49,383 bases of DNA from contig JAPEUG010000096.1 in the NCBI GenBank assembly GCA_026025795.1, positions 1 to 49,383 on the forward strand, read 5' to 3'. Positions 1 to 10,000 of this stretch are shown one piece after another. The DNA is from Thelocarpon superellum. Taxonomy: Eukaryota. Position 1 is the stretch's first letter. Each line of letters starts with the position of its first letter. Position numbers and translations under genes: made by a program. Below the pieces are notes generated by a model. It had not been told where the DNA came from. It was given only the letters and a program-made list of their open reading frames with translations, and did no database searches.

Positions 1-101
1 ACTGGGTAGCATCGGAGAGGAGTACGAGACCATAAAACGAATTCATCTTCCCCAGATCATCGACCATGAACTATTACAGTCAGAGTGCTACTACTAGGGC
101 T

Positions 102-148
102 AGTGGTGAGTGGTGAGTGGTGAGTGGCGAGTGGCGAGTGGTGAGTGG
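102..148. repeat. 7-bp tandem repeat (AGTGGYG), about 6.7 copies
   Basis: Read directly: agtggtg agtggtg agtggtg agtggcg agtggcg agtggtg agtgg. Confidence 0.95.
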
Positions 149-164
149 AAGGTGTAAGTAGGTG

Positions 165-610
165 GTGGAAGCAGAGAAACGAGCATCGACCTCAATAACA
201 TGACCACTGGTATATCGACAGAGTAACTGGGGGCAAGGAGCTGCCATCTCTGACAAAACAAGTATCTTCGACTCATAGTCATACAACAGACGCTACGTCT
301 ACTGTCAAATGTAGTTGCTCCAGGCCCCTCAACTCAGGGAGGAATATGAACCAATGCCGACGTTATTTGATTATTGAAACGCTGTATATGGGGGCCAGGG
401 AGCTGCTACGTCTGATGAGAAACTTAGCCTGCTTCGTATTCGAATAGCAGACGCTAATAGTTTTGTTGGACGTAGCAGCCTCCTGGCCCCGCGACTCAAG
501 AAGGAAATGTGAACCAATCTCGACGATATGTGATCATGTCCACGGTGCATACCGGGGCCAGGGAGCCGCTAAGTTCAATGACAGACTTCGCTTGGACTCG
601 TATTCGTAAG
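165..610. repeat. Degenerate tandem repeat of about 162-bp units, the complete units containing a ~100-nt inverted repeat
   Basis: Unit starts GGGGC(C/A)AGG(G)AGC(T/C)GC at about 230, 391 and 554. Reverse arms ...GCTCCAGGCCCC (ends 328) and ...GCAGCCTCCTGGCCCC (ends 490). Spacers are also homologous (ACTCA.G.AGGAA..TGAACCAAT..CGACG.TAT.TGAT.AT). The third copy is truncated. Confidence 0.85.
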
Positions 611-629
611 GCGTGGCGAAACAGGGTCA

Positions 630-665
630 ATCACGTGACATCGTAGACTGCCGACGCGTCGCGTC
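630..665 (+). promoter_or_regulatory. Putative MRC1 promoter elements: E-box TCACGTGA and MCB box ACGCGT with an adjacent CGCGTC
   Basis: ATCACGTGAC at 630-639, ACGCGT at 654-659 and CGCGTC at 660-665, about 210 bp upstream of the MRC1 ATG. mrc1 is a known MBF (G1/S) target in yeasts. Confidence 0.55.
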
Positions 666-873
666 TACCCGCGGCGTCGGCCGGCTGAACCGTGTAAGTC
701 GTGTGTACCATAGCACCAGCAACAAATCGGTGCAGCACACGGAATGCACCACGCATCAGCACCACTTTACAATTGTGAACATTGTCCCGTCAAGGTCTGT
801 TGACACAGTGATCGTGCTCGTATCTTCTTGCCTCTCCAAGTGAGCCACAACACAGCCAAAGATTGACACTATC

Positions 874-3800
874 ATGTCGCGACCGACGACCCCCGCACGC
901 TGGCCCACCCGGTCGTCCACCATGACAACGCCAACCTCGACCCACGACCCGAGCTCACCCGCTCCGCTGACCCCTCGATCCAAAATCCAGGCGATGCTCG
1001 CCGCCATGGATGAGGAAGACTCGGATGAATTGACCGCGCGGTCGAAGGCTATGCAGCCAGCTGTATCGCCCGCTGCCAAATCACAGCATACCAACGACGC
1101 AATGTCAGACGAGGCCGAAGATGAGGATGACGACGTGATAGCACCAGTTCGACCTAGAGGTCGGATTGCCAGGCGTCTCCAGGAGCGTGGATCCCCTAGG
1201 CCCGTATCTCATCCCCAGCGGTCCAGCCCGGCGGCCGCAGACAGCCCGCCACGTACGGTCTCTGACGATGATTCCGATGCCCACCTTCTCACATCCGCCG
1301 ATGATTCCGATTCGGATCTTCCATCGGACCCGAACAAGAACTCCCGCTTCTTAGCCCTCGTCGAGCAGAAACGGGAAGAGCGTCAAGCTAAAGAAGCCGA
1401 GGCTCGACGACGAGAGGAAGAAAGGCAAGCAAGCGCCAAGCGCCACGCCATGGCCTACGAACGCGAGGACGTTACGGACGACAGCGACGATGCCGCCGCT
1501 GGCCGGAGCCTCACCCAGCAGGCACGACCCACGCGAAAGGCCAGCAAGAAGGCCATGGAGGAGATGCACCGCGAGACCCAGCGCCTCGCCCGAAATATGC
1601 AATTGACTCATGAGGCCCGGACGAGGAAGAAGATCTCTAAGCAGAGCTTGCTCGACCGCTTCAGTTACAACACTTCCGCCACCCAAGTCCCGGTGGACCT
1701 GCTTCCGGGGATAAAGGTGGCCACCTCGAGCTCGGCGCCGGCGTCGGATGCCGCTAGTCCTCATTCGACCCCTCCTACCTCTCCGGCCTCTCGTGACCCG
1801 AACGCTGCGACCAAGCCTACGGAAGTTGTAGCCAATTCGCCTGTTCAGGCCATGCAAGCTCTCGATGACTCCCCGCCTCCAACGCTGCAACCTCTGATGA
1901 CTCAGTCGTTGGAGGAAACTTCAGCGGCCTCAGCAACACCGGCCCCATTTCCACATAATCTTGACAAAGGAAAGGGGAAAGAAGCGATGGGGCAGTTACC
2001 GACCCAAAAGACCGCACCGCCAAAGCCAATGAAAATCAAATCTCGAGCCATTCGGGTACTCCTCCCGCCCAAAGAGCCATCGAATATCGTCGACGAGGAT
2101 GATGATCTCGAGATTGTGCCAACGCGATCGTCCGCCCGTGACACGATCTGGGATCGCGTGGCACACGAGCAGCGGCCTGAATCGCAAACCCTTCTGAAGC
2201 TACGCATCCTGGCCAATCTCAATGGCGACAGTCCTCATCCTAAAGACAAGACCTTCATGAACCGGGACGATCTCGGCACAGATCTGCAGCGACGTGCTCG
2301 TCAACAAGCACTGCAAGAGCGAGAAGAACGCGTTCAGCAGCTCAAAGAGCGAGGCATCATCGTGCAGACGACGGAGGAGCGAAAGAAGGAACAAGAGGAC
2401 ATTGAAAGCCTGTTGGCCAAGGCAAGGGGTCGGGCGGACGAGATTAAGAAGAAGGAACAGGCCGACGCGAAGCGAAACGGCACGGCGCCTCAAAATGGTG
2501 ATGAGATTGATAGCGACGAGGACGAAGACTGGCTGGACGATGAGGCCGAGGTCGAACTATCGGGGTCGGCAGATGAGGGCGACGAGGCCGAGGATGAAAC
2601 GGAGGAAGAAGACTCTGAAGTGGATTCGGGCGACGAAGCAAAGCCGGCGGAGTCCGATCCTGTCGCTCCACAGGCTAATGCCGACGAGGATATACATGGT
2701 TCTCAGGGAATGGAAACCCATGAAACCGACAAAGAAGACGAGGTGGTTGGCAAATCACGGCGACAGAGCCGACGAGCGCGAATCGTGTCGGACGATGAGG
2801 ACGCAGACGAGGAGCTGGGATCCAGCGTACCCAACCTCCCTCGATCTGCTCGAAAATCACCAATTCCGGGCCTGCCCATGTCCGATCCTGCTCCGCTAGG
2901 TCTGACCCAGATCTTTGCCGGCACGATGGACTCGATAAGCTCACCTATGCCACTTGCCGCCCCTGGACCGGACAAGGAGACTTCTGAGCCAGATCCGCTC
3001 CACTTTCTCCGACGTCTTCCTGCTCCATCACTACCGGAGTTCCAGCCTACCATGGACGAGGGGATCGTCCGAGACAGTCAAACCCAGAAGTCAAGCACAA
3101 GAGTGGAGGAAGCCATCGCGGAGTTTACGGAGACTCCAATCGACCACGATCAATCGTCAGTCCCACTGGCTTCGCCCACCGCCTTTTCCGAGAACGTTCC
3201 TGCGACTCAATTCTCGGAGCTGCCCGATCCCACACAGGATGTGGGATTCACGGGACCCGCGATTCTCCCGGAGCGATTCGTCGAGCCTCCACCTTCGACG
3301 ATTGAAACGGTGTTGCTCGAAGAGGCTCCCCGGAAAGGTCGCCTGCGACGGCGGACTGAGATCCACGTGGCATCCGACGAGAGTGATGGAGGAAGCGACG
3401 GAATAGAGACGGTGAATGCGTTCGATGCTCTGCGCAAAGCGTCCAAAGAGAAGTCTCATGAGGTCTTTGATAAGACGAAGAGTAATGCCAAAGGAATGGT
3501 AGAGGAACAAGCCGAGGAATCAGAAGATGAATACGCCGGATTGGGAGGGGCAAGTGACGAGGGAAGCGGTGACGAAGGGGATGCCGAAGTGATCAGGGAG
3601 ATGTTGGACGACGAAGCGCAACACGAGGATGAAGGCGAGCTCGCCGCATTTTATGCCGACAAGGAACGAGCGCAGGACGAGAAGCAAGTCGAGAAGCTCT
3701 TCAAGGATCTCACGACGGGGAACCTGCGACGGAAGCGAGGGGCGGATTATGACCTCTCTGACTCGGATGACGACGGCGAAACGCGACGACGGATGAAACA

Positions 3801-4719
3801 ACGCGAATTCGCCAAGATGCGAAAAGCGTTGTTGGAGGATGAGAACGTTGGCAAGATTGCGTCGAACCCCAAGAAGATGGCCTTCTTGCGCGCGATCGAG
3901 GACCGCGACAAGGAGGATGACGTGGATTTTCTGGACTCGACACCGGATGATCACACTCCGTCTACTGACACCGGGACCTCAACTCCTACCACGGACCCAG
4001 TGTCGCTCAAGCGAAAGCAGCCCATGGATGGGCATTCAGACGAGAAGGAGAACCGGCCGCCGCCGAACATTCGACGCGTGGTCAAGTCCAGCAAACCCGC
4101 CACGCTGTCCGAGATCCGCGAATCGCTGTCTTCGTTGATGGAAGGGCCCGAAACGGTGGTGGTAGAGAGCATGCCTGAGTCGGAGGACGAGGAGACGGAC
4201 GATCCGCATCCACCACAGACCACCGTGTCAGCGCGACCCATCATCGACCGGCTCGCCCTGCTACGGCGCGCATCCACGGCGACAGCGAGCAGCAGCAGAG
4301 GGTTCTTCTCCACATCGACGTCCGTATCCGCGACCACAAGTGTCTCCACGACGGAAAGAAGCAGCACGGGGTTCCGCGTCCCTCGCTTACTCCGGCGCGC
4401 AACGACCAGTCAGTTGATCGCCAGCAATTCGAAAGACAGCGGGAGCATCGCCGAGACGGAGCGCATGGCAGGGGCGGAGCAGAATCCGATCCGACGCATG
4501 GGGGGAAGTGGAAAGAACAGCGCGATCAATCGTGGGTCGATATCTTCCGCTTCGTCTGTGTCCTCGGCGTCGTCATCCTCTTCGTCTGCTACATTGAGGG
4601 GCACCGGTCCTGCTGGCGTGAAATCGGTTGGACGGAAGGGAACGGGAAAGAAGAACGTGGGCAAGAGGAGAGGAGGGTTGGTAGCGGTATTGTTGGCCTC
4701 GGCTGCGGACGGTTGGTAG
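874..4719 (+). CDS. MRC1: Mediator of replication checkpoint protein 1 (Mrc1/Claspin-like), intronless, up to 1281 aa
   Basis: Acidic, low-complexity protein with LTPRSKIQAMLA, RKASKKAMEEMHRETQRLARNMQL, TQ motifs (LGLTQIFAGTM, DPTQDVGF) and the MRC1 domain (FDKTKSNAKGMVEEQAEESEDEYAGLGGASDE...LFKDLTTGNLRRKRG...FAKMRKALL...NPKKMAFLRAIED). The start could be the ATG at 922. Confidence 0.92.
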   Translation: MSRPTTPARWPTRSSTMTTPTSTHDPSSPAPLTPRSKIQAMLAAMDEEDSDELTARSKAMQPAVSPAAKSQHTNDAMSDEAEDEDDDVIAPVRPRGRIARRLQERGSPRPVSHPQRSSPAAADSPPRTVSDDDSDAHLLTSADDSDSDLPSDPNKNSRFLALVEQKREERQAKEAEARRREEERQASAKRHAMAYEREDVTDDSDDAAAGRSLTQQARPTRKASKKAMEEMHRETQRLARNMQLTHEARTRKKISKQSLLDRFSYNTSATQVPVDLLPGIKVATSSSAPASDAASPHSTPPTSPASRDPNAATKPTEVVANSPVQAMQALDDSPPPTLQPLMTQSLEETSAASATPAPFPHNLDKGKGKEAMGQLPTQKTAPPKPMKIKSRAIRVLLPPKEPSNIVDEDDDLEIVPTRSSARDTIWDRVAHEQRPESQTLLKLRILANLNGDSPHPKDKTFMNRDDLGTDLQRRARQQALQEREERVQQLKERGIIVQTTEERKKEQEDIESLLAKARGRADEIKKKEQADAKRNGTAPQNGDEIDSDEDEDWLDDEAEVELSGSADEGDEAEDETEEEDSEVDSGDEAKPAESDPVAPQANADEDIHGSQGMETHETDKEDEVVGKSRRQSRRARIVSDDEDADEELGSSVPNLPRSARKSPIPGLPMSDPAPLGLTQIFAGTMDSISSPMPLAAPGPDKETSEPDPLHFLRRLPAPSLPEFQPTMDEGIVRDSQTQKSSTRVEEAIAEFTETPIDHDQSSVPLASPTAFSENVPATQFSELPDPTQDVGFTGPAILPERFVEPPPSTIETVLLEEAPRKGRLRRRTEIHVASDESDGGSDGIETVNAFDALRKASKEKSHEVFDKTKSNAKGMVEEQAEESEDEYAGLGGASDEGSGDEGDAEVIREMLDDEAQHEDEGELAAFYADKERAQDEKQVEKLFKDLTTGNLRRKRGADYDLSDSDDDGETRRRMKQREFAKMRKALLEDENVGKIASNPKKMAFLRAIEDRDKEDDVDFLDSTPDDHTPSTDTGTSTPTTDPVSLKRKQPMDGHSDEKENRPPPNIRRVVKSSKPATLSEIRESLSSLMEGPETVVVESMPESEDEETDDPHPPQTTVSARPIIDRLALLRRASTATASSSRGFFSTSTSVSATTSVSTTERSSTGFRVPRLLRRATTSQLIASNSKDSGSIAETERMAGAEQNPIRRMGGSGKNSAINRGSISSASSVSSASSSSSSATLRGTGPAGVKSVGRKGTGKKNVGKRRGGLVAVLLASAADGW

Positions 4720-4782
4720 TGCAGCAGAGAGTGGGTATGGGTCGGGATTGCGTGGTAGTATCGTTGTCATCATTCAGTAGCT

Positions 4783-4892
4783 TCAGAGCATCGTCAGAGT
4801 ATCGTCAGAGCATCGTCAGAGCCTCGTCAGAGCCTCGTCAGAGCCTCGTCAGAGCATCGTCAGAGCATCGTCAGAGCATCGTCAGAGCATCG
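4783..4892. repeat. 11-bp minisatellite TCAGAG(C/T)(A/C)TCG, 10 copies
   Basis: Ten consecutive 11-mers read directly, filling most of the gap between two convergent stop codons. Confidence 0.97.
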
Positions 4893-4895
4893 TTC

Positions 4896-6695
4896 TCATG
4901 AACATGAGTAGAAAGGGGGAGAGCAAAGACGCCAATCCACAACCACAACCACAACCCATCTTTCTCTCTCTTTCTCTCCCTCTCTCCCTCCCTCTCTCTC
5001 TCCCTCTTTCCGCTGAACTGCAGTACGAAAAGGCGAGGAAGAGGAGAGGTCGAGGTAGATGGTCCACGAAGGAGGCCTAATCTCGACCACGGCTCCTCTT
5101 TTCACTCGTCCTCCAAATATGTTCCCTTCTGCGTTCGCTTGCTGTGCTGTTGCCGTTGTCGAGGCTCCCGCGGTCGTTAATGTACAGGTTGGAGGAGACG
5201 CCGGAGCCCCAATGAGCAGAACCCTCATCTCTCCTCCTTCCCCCTCGATCTCTCTCCGAGTAGAGCTCTCTGCTGTATCGGCGGCGGCGGCGGCGGCAGC
5301 AGCAGCGGAGAATGTAGGAGGGGAGACTCTAGTCCCCAAGATCAGCGTCATTGTCTCTCCCCTTCCATCTCCATCTCCAACTTCAGTTTCAGAGCCATCA
5401 CCACCACTCGCTCCTCGAGAGGACGAGACACGAACGAATGACGGGCCATCATTCCTCATACTACCCTTTCCGCTCACACTGCCCATACCGAGCGGAGCAG
5501 ATGCAGTTGCAGCAGACGCAGTGGTAGCAGGAGTGGCGGCAGGAGTGGTGGTAGCAGTAGCAGTAGAGGTAGAGGTGGCGAGAGTAGAACAAGCAGCCAG
5601 CACCCACGCACGAACCAGATCCGCCATACCGGACGGCTGGAACCGGCCTCCCTTGCGTCGGTGCGGCGAGAAATACGCCGCGGCTGCCGCGGCGGTCATT
5701 GTTCCTCCGTCCACGCTGACGGACGTCGCGGATGCGGATGCGGATGCGGTGTGGGACTCGCGGATGAAGCGTGCTTTGGGAGCTTTGTTGGTCCCAGTGA
5801 GCGTAGACACGGAAGTAGAAGGGGAATGAGAATGAGAATGAGAATGAGAAGGGATGATGAATCGTGCACGGTGGTTGGTCCGTTTGACGGAAGGTAAAGC
5901 AGTGGGCGAAGAAACGGACACATGGGCAACGTCAGCGTCAAGCTCCATATCTGCGGAATCCATGGCCGGCATCGAGTCGAGACGATGAGAGGTTGATGGC
6001 GCCGTGGCAACAGTTAATCGGCGTCGTTTGGGTACGCGCTGGTCTTGGTCTTGGTCTTCCTCTTCCTTCTCCTCTTCAATCTGCTGTTCGTCCATGTCTC
6101 CGTCTCCATTCTCATCGTCGTTCCCGGCTTCTGCCTCGATGGGAGCAGAAGCAATGGACGATGGAGACTCATTGGTCGAAGTAGAGGCAGATGAGATACC
6201 CTCTCGCGGCGCAGAAATGGCCGGTGTCGAGGTCGACGACATTCTGTACCGTGACATCCTCGGCACAGGCGTCATCTCCCGTCTTGTTGCTCTTGTAGCT
6301 GCGAGCGAAACCGAAACGGCAGAGGTCACCATGCTGGGAGAGGATGAGAGTCGATCCTCTCGAGCCTCGCTGAGCTCCCTGCCGCTGGTGTCCTCTGTGT
6401 CTTCCACTCGATCATCCGTTCCATCCCTTCTTTCTCGCGTCTCACTCACGTCATCGTCCGTCTCCTCGAGTCCATCGTCCGTACTCGTATCATGAAAAGG
6501 AACCCCCCGAGAGATAGTAAAGCGCGGTGTCCGGCGGAACTGTACCGGAGTGCGGATGTCTTCGTCGAGCGGTGGTGGCGGGGGCAGAGGCCTCACGACG
6601 AAGCGAGGGGCGGATGGCGACTCATTCTGCCCCCTGGTCATCAGCGTCATACCAAGGATGGGAAGAGGTGAAGTTACGTGTCGTGGTGGGGTCAT
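4896..6695 (-). CDS. Uncharacterised fungal protein, about 599 aa: disordered N-terminus, small C-terminal beta domain interrupted by low-complexity inserts
   Basis: Long ATG-initiated ORF. Globular-looking blocks YFSPHRRKGGRFQPSGMADLVRAWVL, MRVLLIGAP and VKRGAVVEIRPPSWTIYLD...WVVVVVVDWRL. The start is uncertain. Confidence 0.7.
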   Translation of the reverse strand: MTPPRHVTSPLPILGMTLMTRGQNESPSAPRFVVRPLPPPPPLDEDIRTPVQFRRTPRFTISRGVPFHDTSTDDGLEETDDDVSETRERRDGTDDRVEDTEDTSGRELSEAREDRLSSSPSMVTSAVSVSLAATRATRREMTPVPRMSRYRMSSTSTPAISAPREGISSASTSTNESPSSIASAPIEAEAGNDDENGDGDMDEQQIEEEKEEEDQDQDQRVPKRRRLTVATAPSTSHRLDSMPAMDSADMELDADVAHVSVSSPTALPSVKRTNHRARFIIPSHSHSHSHSPSTSVSTLTGTNKAPKARFIRESHTASASASATSVSVDGGTMTAAAAAAYFSPHRRKGGRFQPSGMADLVRAWVLAACSTLATSTSTATATTTPAATPATTASAATASAPLGMGSVSGKGSMRNDGPSFVRVSSSRGASGGDGSETEVGDGDGRGETMTLILGTRVSPPTFSAAAAAAAAADTAESSTRREIEGEGGEMRVLLIGAPASPPTCTLTTAGASTTATAQQANAEGNIFGGRVKRGAVVEIRPPSWTIYLDLSSSSPFRTAVQRKEGEREGGREGEKERERWVVVVVVDWRLCSPPFYSCS

Positions 6696-7003
6696 CGTGG
6701 ATCATGGTGGCGTGGTGGGGACAACATGATGGATTTGCGTGGATCTTGTGGTAGATTGTGAAGCCGGAGCGATGGATATGCCGACCACTTACGAACCGTC
6801 TACATCACTCCTCTCATGCCACGAGACCTACCGCCGTCACCTCATGCACATCACCAGCCCAGCATGGACATGCGTTCCCGTTTCGTTCATCATCATTCTC
6901 GACTAGCAGCTACAAAAACAGGAGTCCAGAGGTCAGAAGCGCGACGTAAGAGTTCAGTCCCAGTACGCATGCATCCCAATCCTCCCCCCATGTGCCCGCT
7001 CGT

Positions 7004-10000
7004 TCAAACACCTCGGAACTGGGTCCAGTCAGTGCACATTTCACCCAGGCCGGGACTCGATCAAACTCACCATCCGAATAATCAAGAACCAAACGGCGCC
7101 GACGAAGCGGAAGAGTGACAGGGCCGCCACACTCCACAACACCACGGCCATGTAGATCGTGCTGCGTTGTTGCTCGTTCGTCTTGACGTCCAATCGATCC
7201 AACCCCGCCGTACTGAGCACGACGGCGGCCAAGGCAAAGTTGCAGAAGATCCAGACCAGCACGACCGCACTGCGGAACCCCTTGTAGTAATCTTCCTGCT
7301 TCTCCGACGGCGAGTGCTGCTTCACCTCCTTCGGGGCCTTTTGCGCAAACACCTTCATCTCCGACTCGTACTGTGCGTTCAGGTCGCCGTCGTCCGTCGG
7401 GATGCTGACGTCCACCTTGCCGCCGGGCTTGAGGTTGGCCGTCGGCAGCTTCTCCGCCTTGTCGTCGCCCTTGGTACCCCACGTGATGTCATGCGTGTTG
7501 CAGAAGGCGTACACGTTGAGGATGTTGATGTAGGTGGGCGTGAGCAGCAGGTATTGGATGAACTGCTGGGATCAGCCAGGTTGCAACGACCTCTCGGATG
7601 AAACGGCACTCACCGACGTAAACATGTGCCATGGATCGAAGAACAAGAACGAGATGACAAACCAGAGCACGTAGGTGGAGAGCAGAGACACAATCAGCGT
7701 CGAGAAGATGGGGTTCTTGAACAGTTCCGCCACGGTGAATTCCTTCTCCGCCAGCTGCTCTTGGATCGACCGCACCGTGATGAAGACCGAGGCGAAGATC
7801 AGGTACAGCATGAGGAGGACCCAGAAGTAGACCATGCTCATGTAGAACTTGTTCGAGCCCTGCGGCCGGTTGCCCAGGGCCAGGACGAAGCACGACAGCA
7901 GCGTGGCCAGGTAGAGCCACTCAAACACCACGCCCAGGATGGTGCCGGTGGTGCCCAGCAGATCCGACGAGCCCAGCGACGTGGTCAGGATGCGGAAGAC
8001 GAGGAAGAAGTTGCCGATGGCGAACCAGGCGAAGAGCATGTTGATCGTCTGGTAGCCAAACTCGATGAGGAACATCATCTTGCGCAGAAAGCTGTGGTCG
8101 CTGCGGAAGATCTGGTAGGAGTGCGCCAGCGCGTACACGGCCGCGAAGAAGCTCCCGTTGAGCCAGCGGCGCCGCTGCAGGATGAGCTCCGCCATCGTGT
8201 CGGGCACGTCCGTCTCGCCCGTCGACGACTTGACGTACTGCAGGATCCAGTGGCACCGGCGCTTCGACACCAGCTCAAAGCACAGGATCCGATCCTCCGC
8301 CAGGTACATGTTGGCCGTGAAGATGCCGGCGTTGGCGCCGTGCATCTTCTCGCCCGCAAAGTACTTCTCCAGCGGCCCGTTGCCCGACTTGTCGTTCTGC
8401 AGCGCCACGAAGCGATAGGCCGAGAAGGCGCCGGGCAGCACGGAGATGAAGCCGAAGGCGGACTCGAGCGGCTTGTCCAGGATGTTGCTCATCTTGTACT
8501 CGAAGTTCTGCGTCGCCACCAGCGGGTTGAGCAGGTAGCGCCCGCCGGGACCGGTCATGGCCTTGATCTCGCCGCACGCGCCCGCGCACATGGGCTCGAG
8601 GTCAAACGCCTTCCACAGGTGATAGACCGACCGTCCGCCCGGCCGCGTGCCCGCGTCGATGAGCACGCAGATGTTGGGGTCGAGCACGCGGCCAAAGGCC
8701 TGGAAGAACCAGCGGTGCGAGTTGATCTTCTTCTGGTTCTTCTCCTTGAGGCAGAAGAGGATCTGCACGGGGCAGACGCCGCGCGGCTTCAGCTGCACCA
8801 CGTCCTTCTTCACCTCGATCCCCACCTGCGTCGTGTACTCGTAGATGTGCGCCGTCACGTCCTTCCCGTTGACCTGCTGCTTGGCGATGCCGTCCTGGTA
8901 CACGCCCATGCCCGCTAGCACGGCCCGGGTGCGCGGGTCGATCTTGCCACGCCCGTCGCTCACCACGCACACCACGATCTTCTTCCACGCCTCACTGCCC
9001 CACGTCTTGCTGTCCTTGCGCGAGCACATGTACTCGATATTCTTGAACACGCCTGACATGGTGCGGGCAAAGAGCACCTCGTCCTCGTTGTACATCGTCA
9101 CCACGATGAAGAGCTCCGTGCGCCGTGGCTTGGCGAACAGCCGCTGGCGCAGGGTGAAACGCTCGTCGAAGAACTCTGACGGGTCGCACGTCGCGGCCGA
9201 GTAGCGCATGTGCGTGAATTCGTCGCGCTCGGGCGCCTGCGCGTGCGGCACCTGGTTGAGCAGGCGCGGCGGGATAGGGCAATCGAGCACCAGGTTGCCA
9301 TTGAACAGCTGCACCTCTTTGACCGTCTTCCAGCGTCGGATGGGCGCTGGGCTCGGCGACGGTGCTGGCGCCTGCTCTAGGTCGCTGTATTCCGGCTGCA
9401 GCTGCGGATTGGGCCCGTACGCGTTGTCCGGTTGCAGGATGGGACGCTCGTCCGAGTATTGCGTCGGGTACTGCGACAGCGGTTCGTCAAAGGGGTTGGG
9501 TTCGTAGGGACGATTATAGTAGGCGTCGTGGTGCTCCTCCGGGTTGACCGCGTACTCGTTCGAGGCGTAGTCGGCGTCGTGCTGCGTCACGGGATGATGC
9601 GCCTCGTAGTCTTCGTTGTGCCCGTACGAGTTGTTCATATTCTCCACTGAGTACGTCGGCTGTGATTGGAGCCGATCGCTGTGCGGCATCGGTCCCCCGG
9701 GACCCATGGGGATCTCCAGGACCCCGTGTGGTCTAGGGGAGGGCGTGGTGCGGAAGTGTTGGGGGTCTTCGAGCTCATAGCCTTGGAGCGGGTGGCCCGG
9801 CGACTGCGTGCGCGGGCCCGGCCCGGGTCGGCGGGGATCCATACCGGCGCCGTGATACTCTTCCTCGTGTTCCTGTCCGGCGAAGTCTGTTCAAGAGCCA
9901 TCAGCTTCACGTTGTCGTTGACGTCCACGTTCACATCTCGAGATTTGCGTGTCAGGAAGGGGCATGGTGGAGAATCGACTCGATGCTGATGTGATCAAGC

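Noticed and set aside
1..67. Possible start of a minus-strand gene (MVDDLGKMNSFYGLVLLSDATQ) running off the left edge
   Set aside because: Only 22 codons are visible and there is no recognisable motif.
102..148. GGTGAGT repeats as telomeric sequence or a splice-donor array
   Set aside because: Not TTAGGG, internal and short; an ordinary microsatellite.
411..423. CTGATGA-GAAAC resembling a hammerhead ribozyme core
   Set aside because: No stem II between CUGAUGA and GAAA, the segment is paired within the long hairpin, and the motif is not kept in the other copies.
229..600. Repeat-spacer pattern as a CRISPR array
   Set aside because: Eukaryotic context, repeats alternate in orientation, the spacers are homologous to each other and there are no cas genes.
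7626..8918. 430-aa antisense ORF over chitin synthase, and many similar shadow ORFs
   Set aside because: Expected by-product of GC-rich codon usage on the coding strand; no protein motifs.
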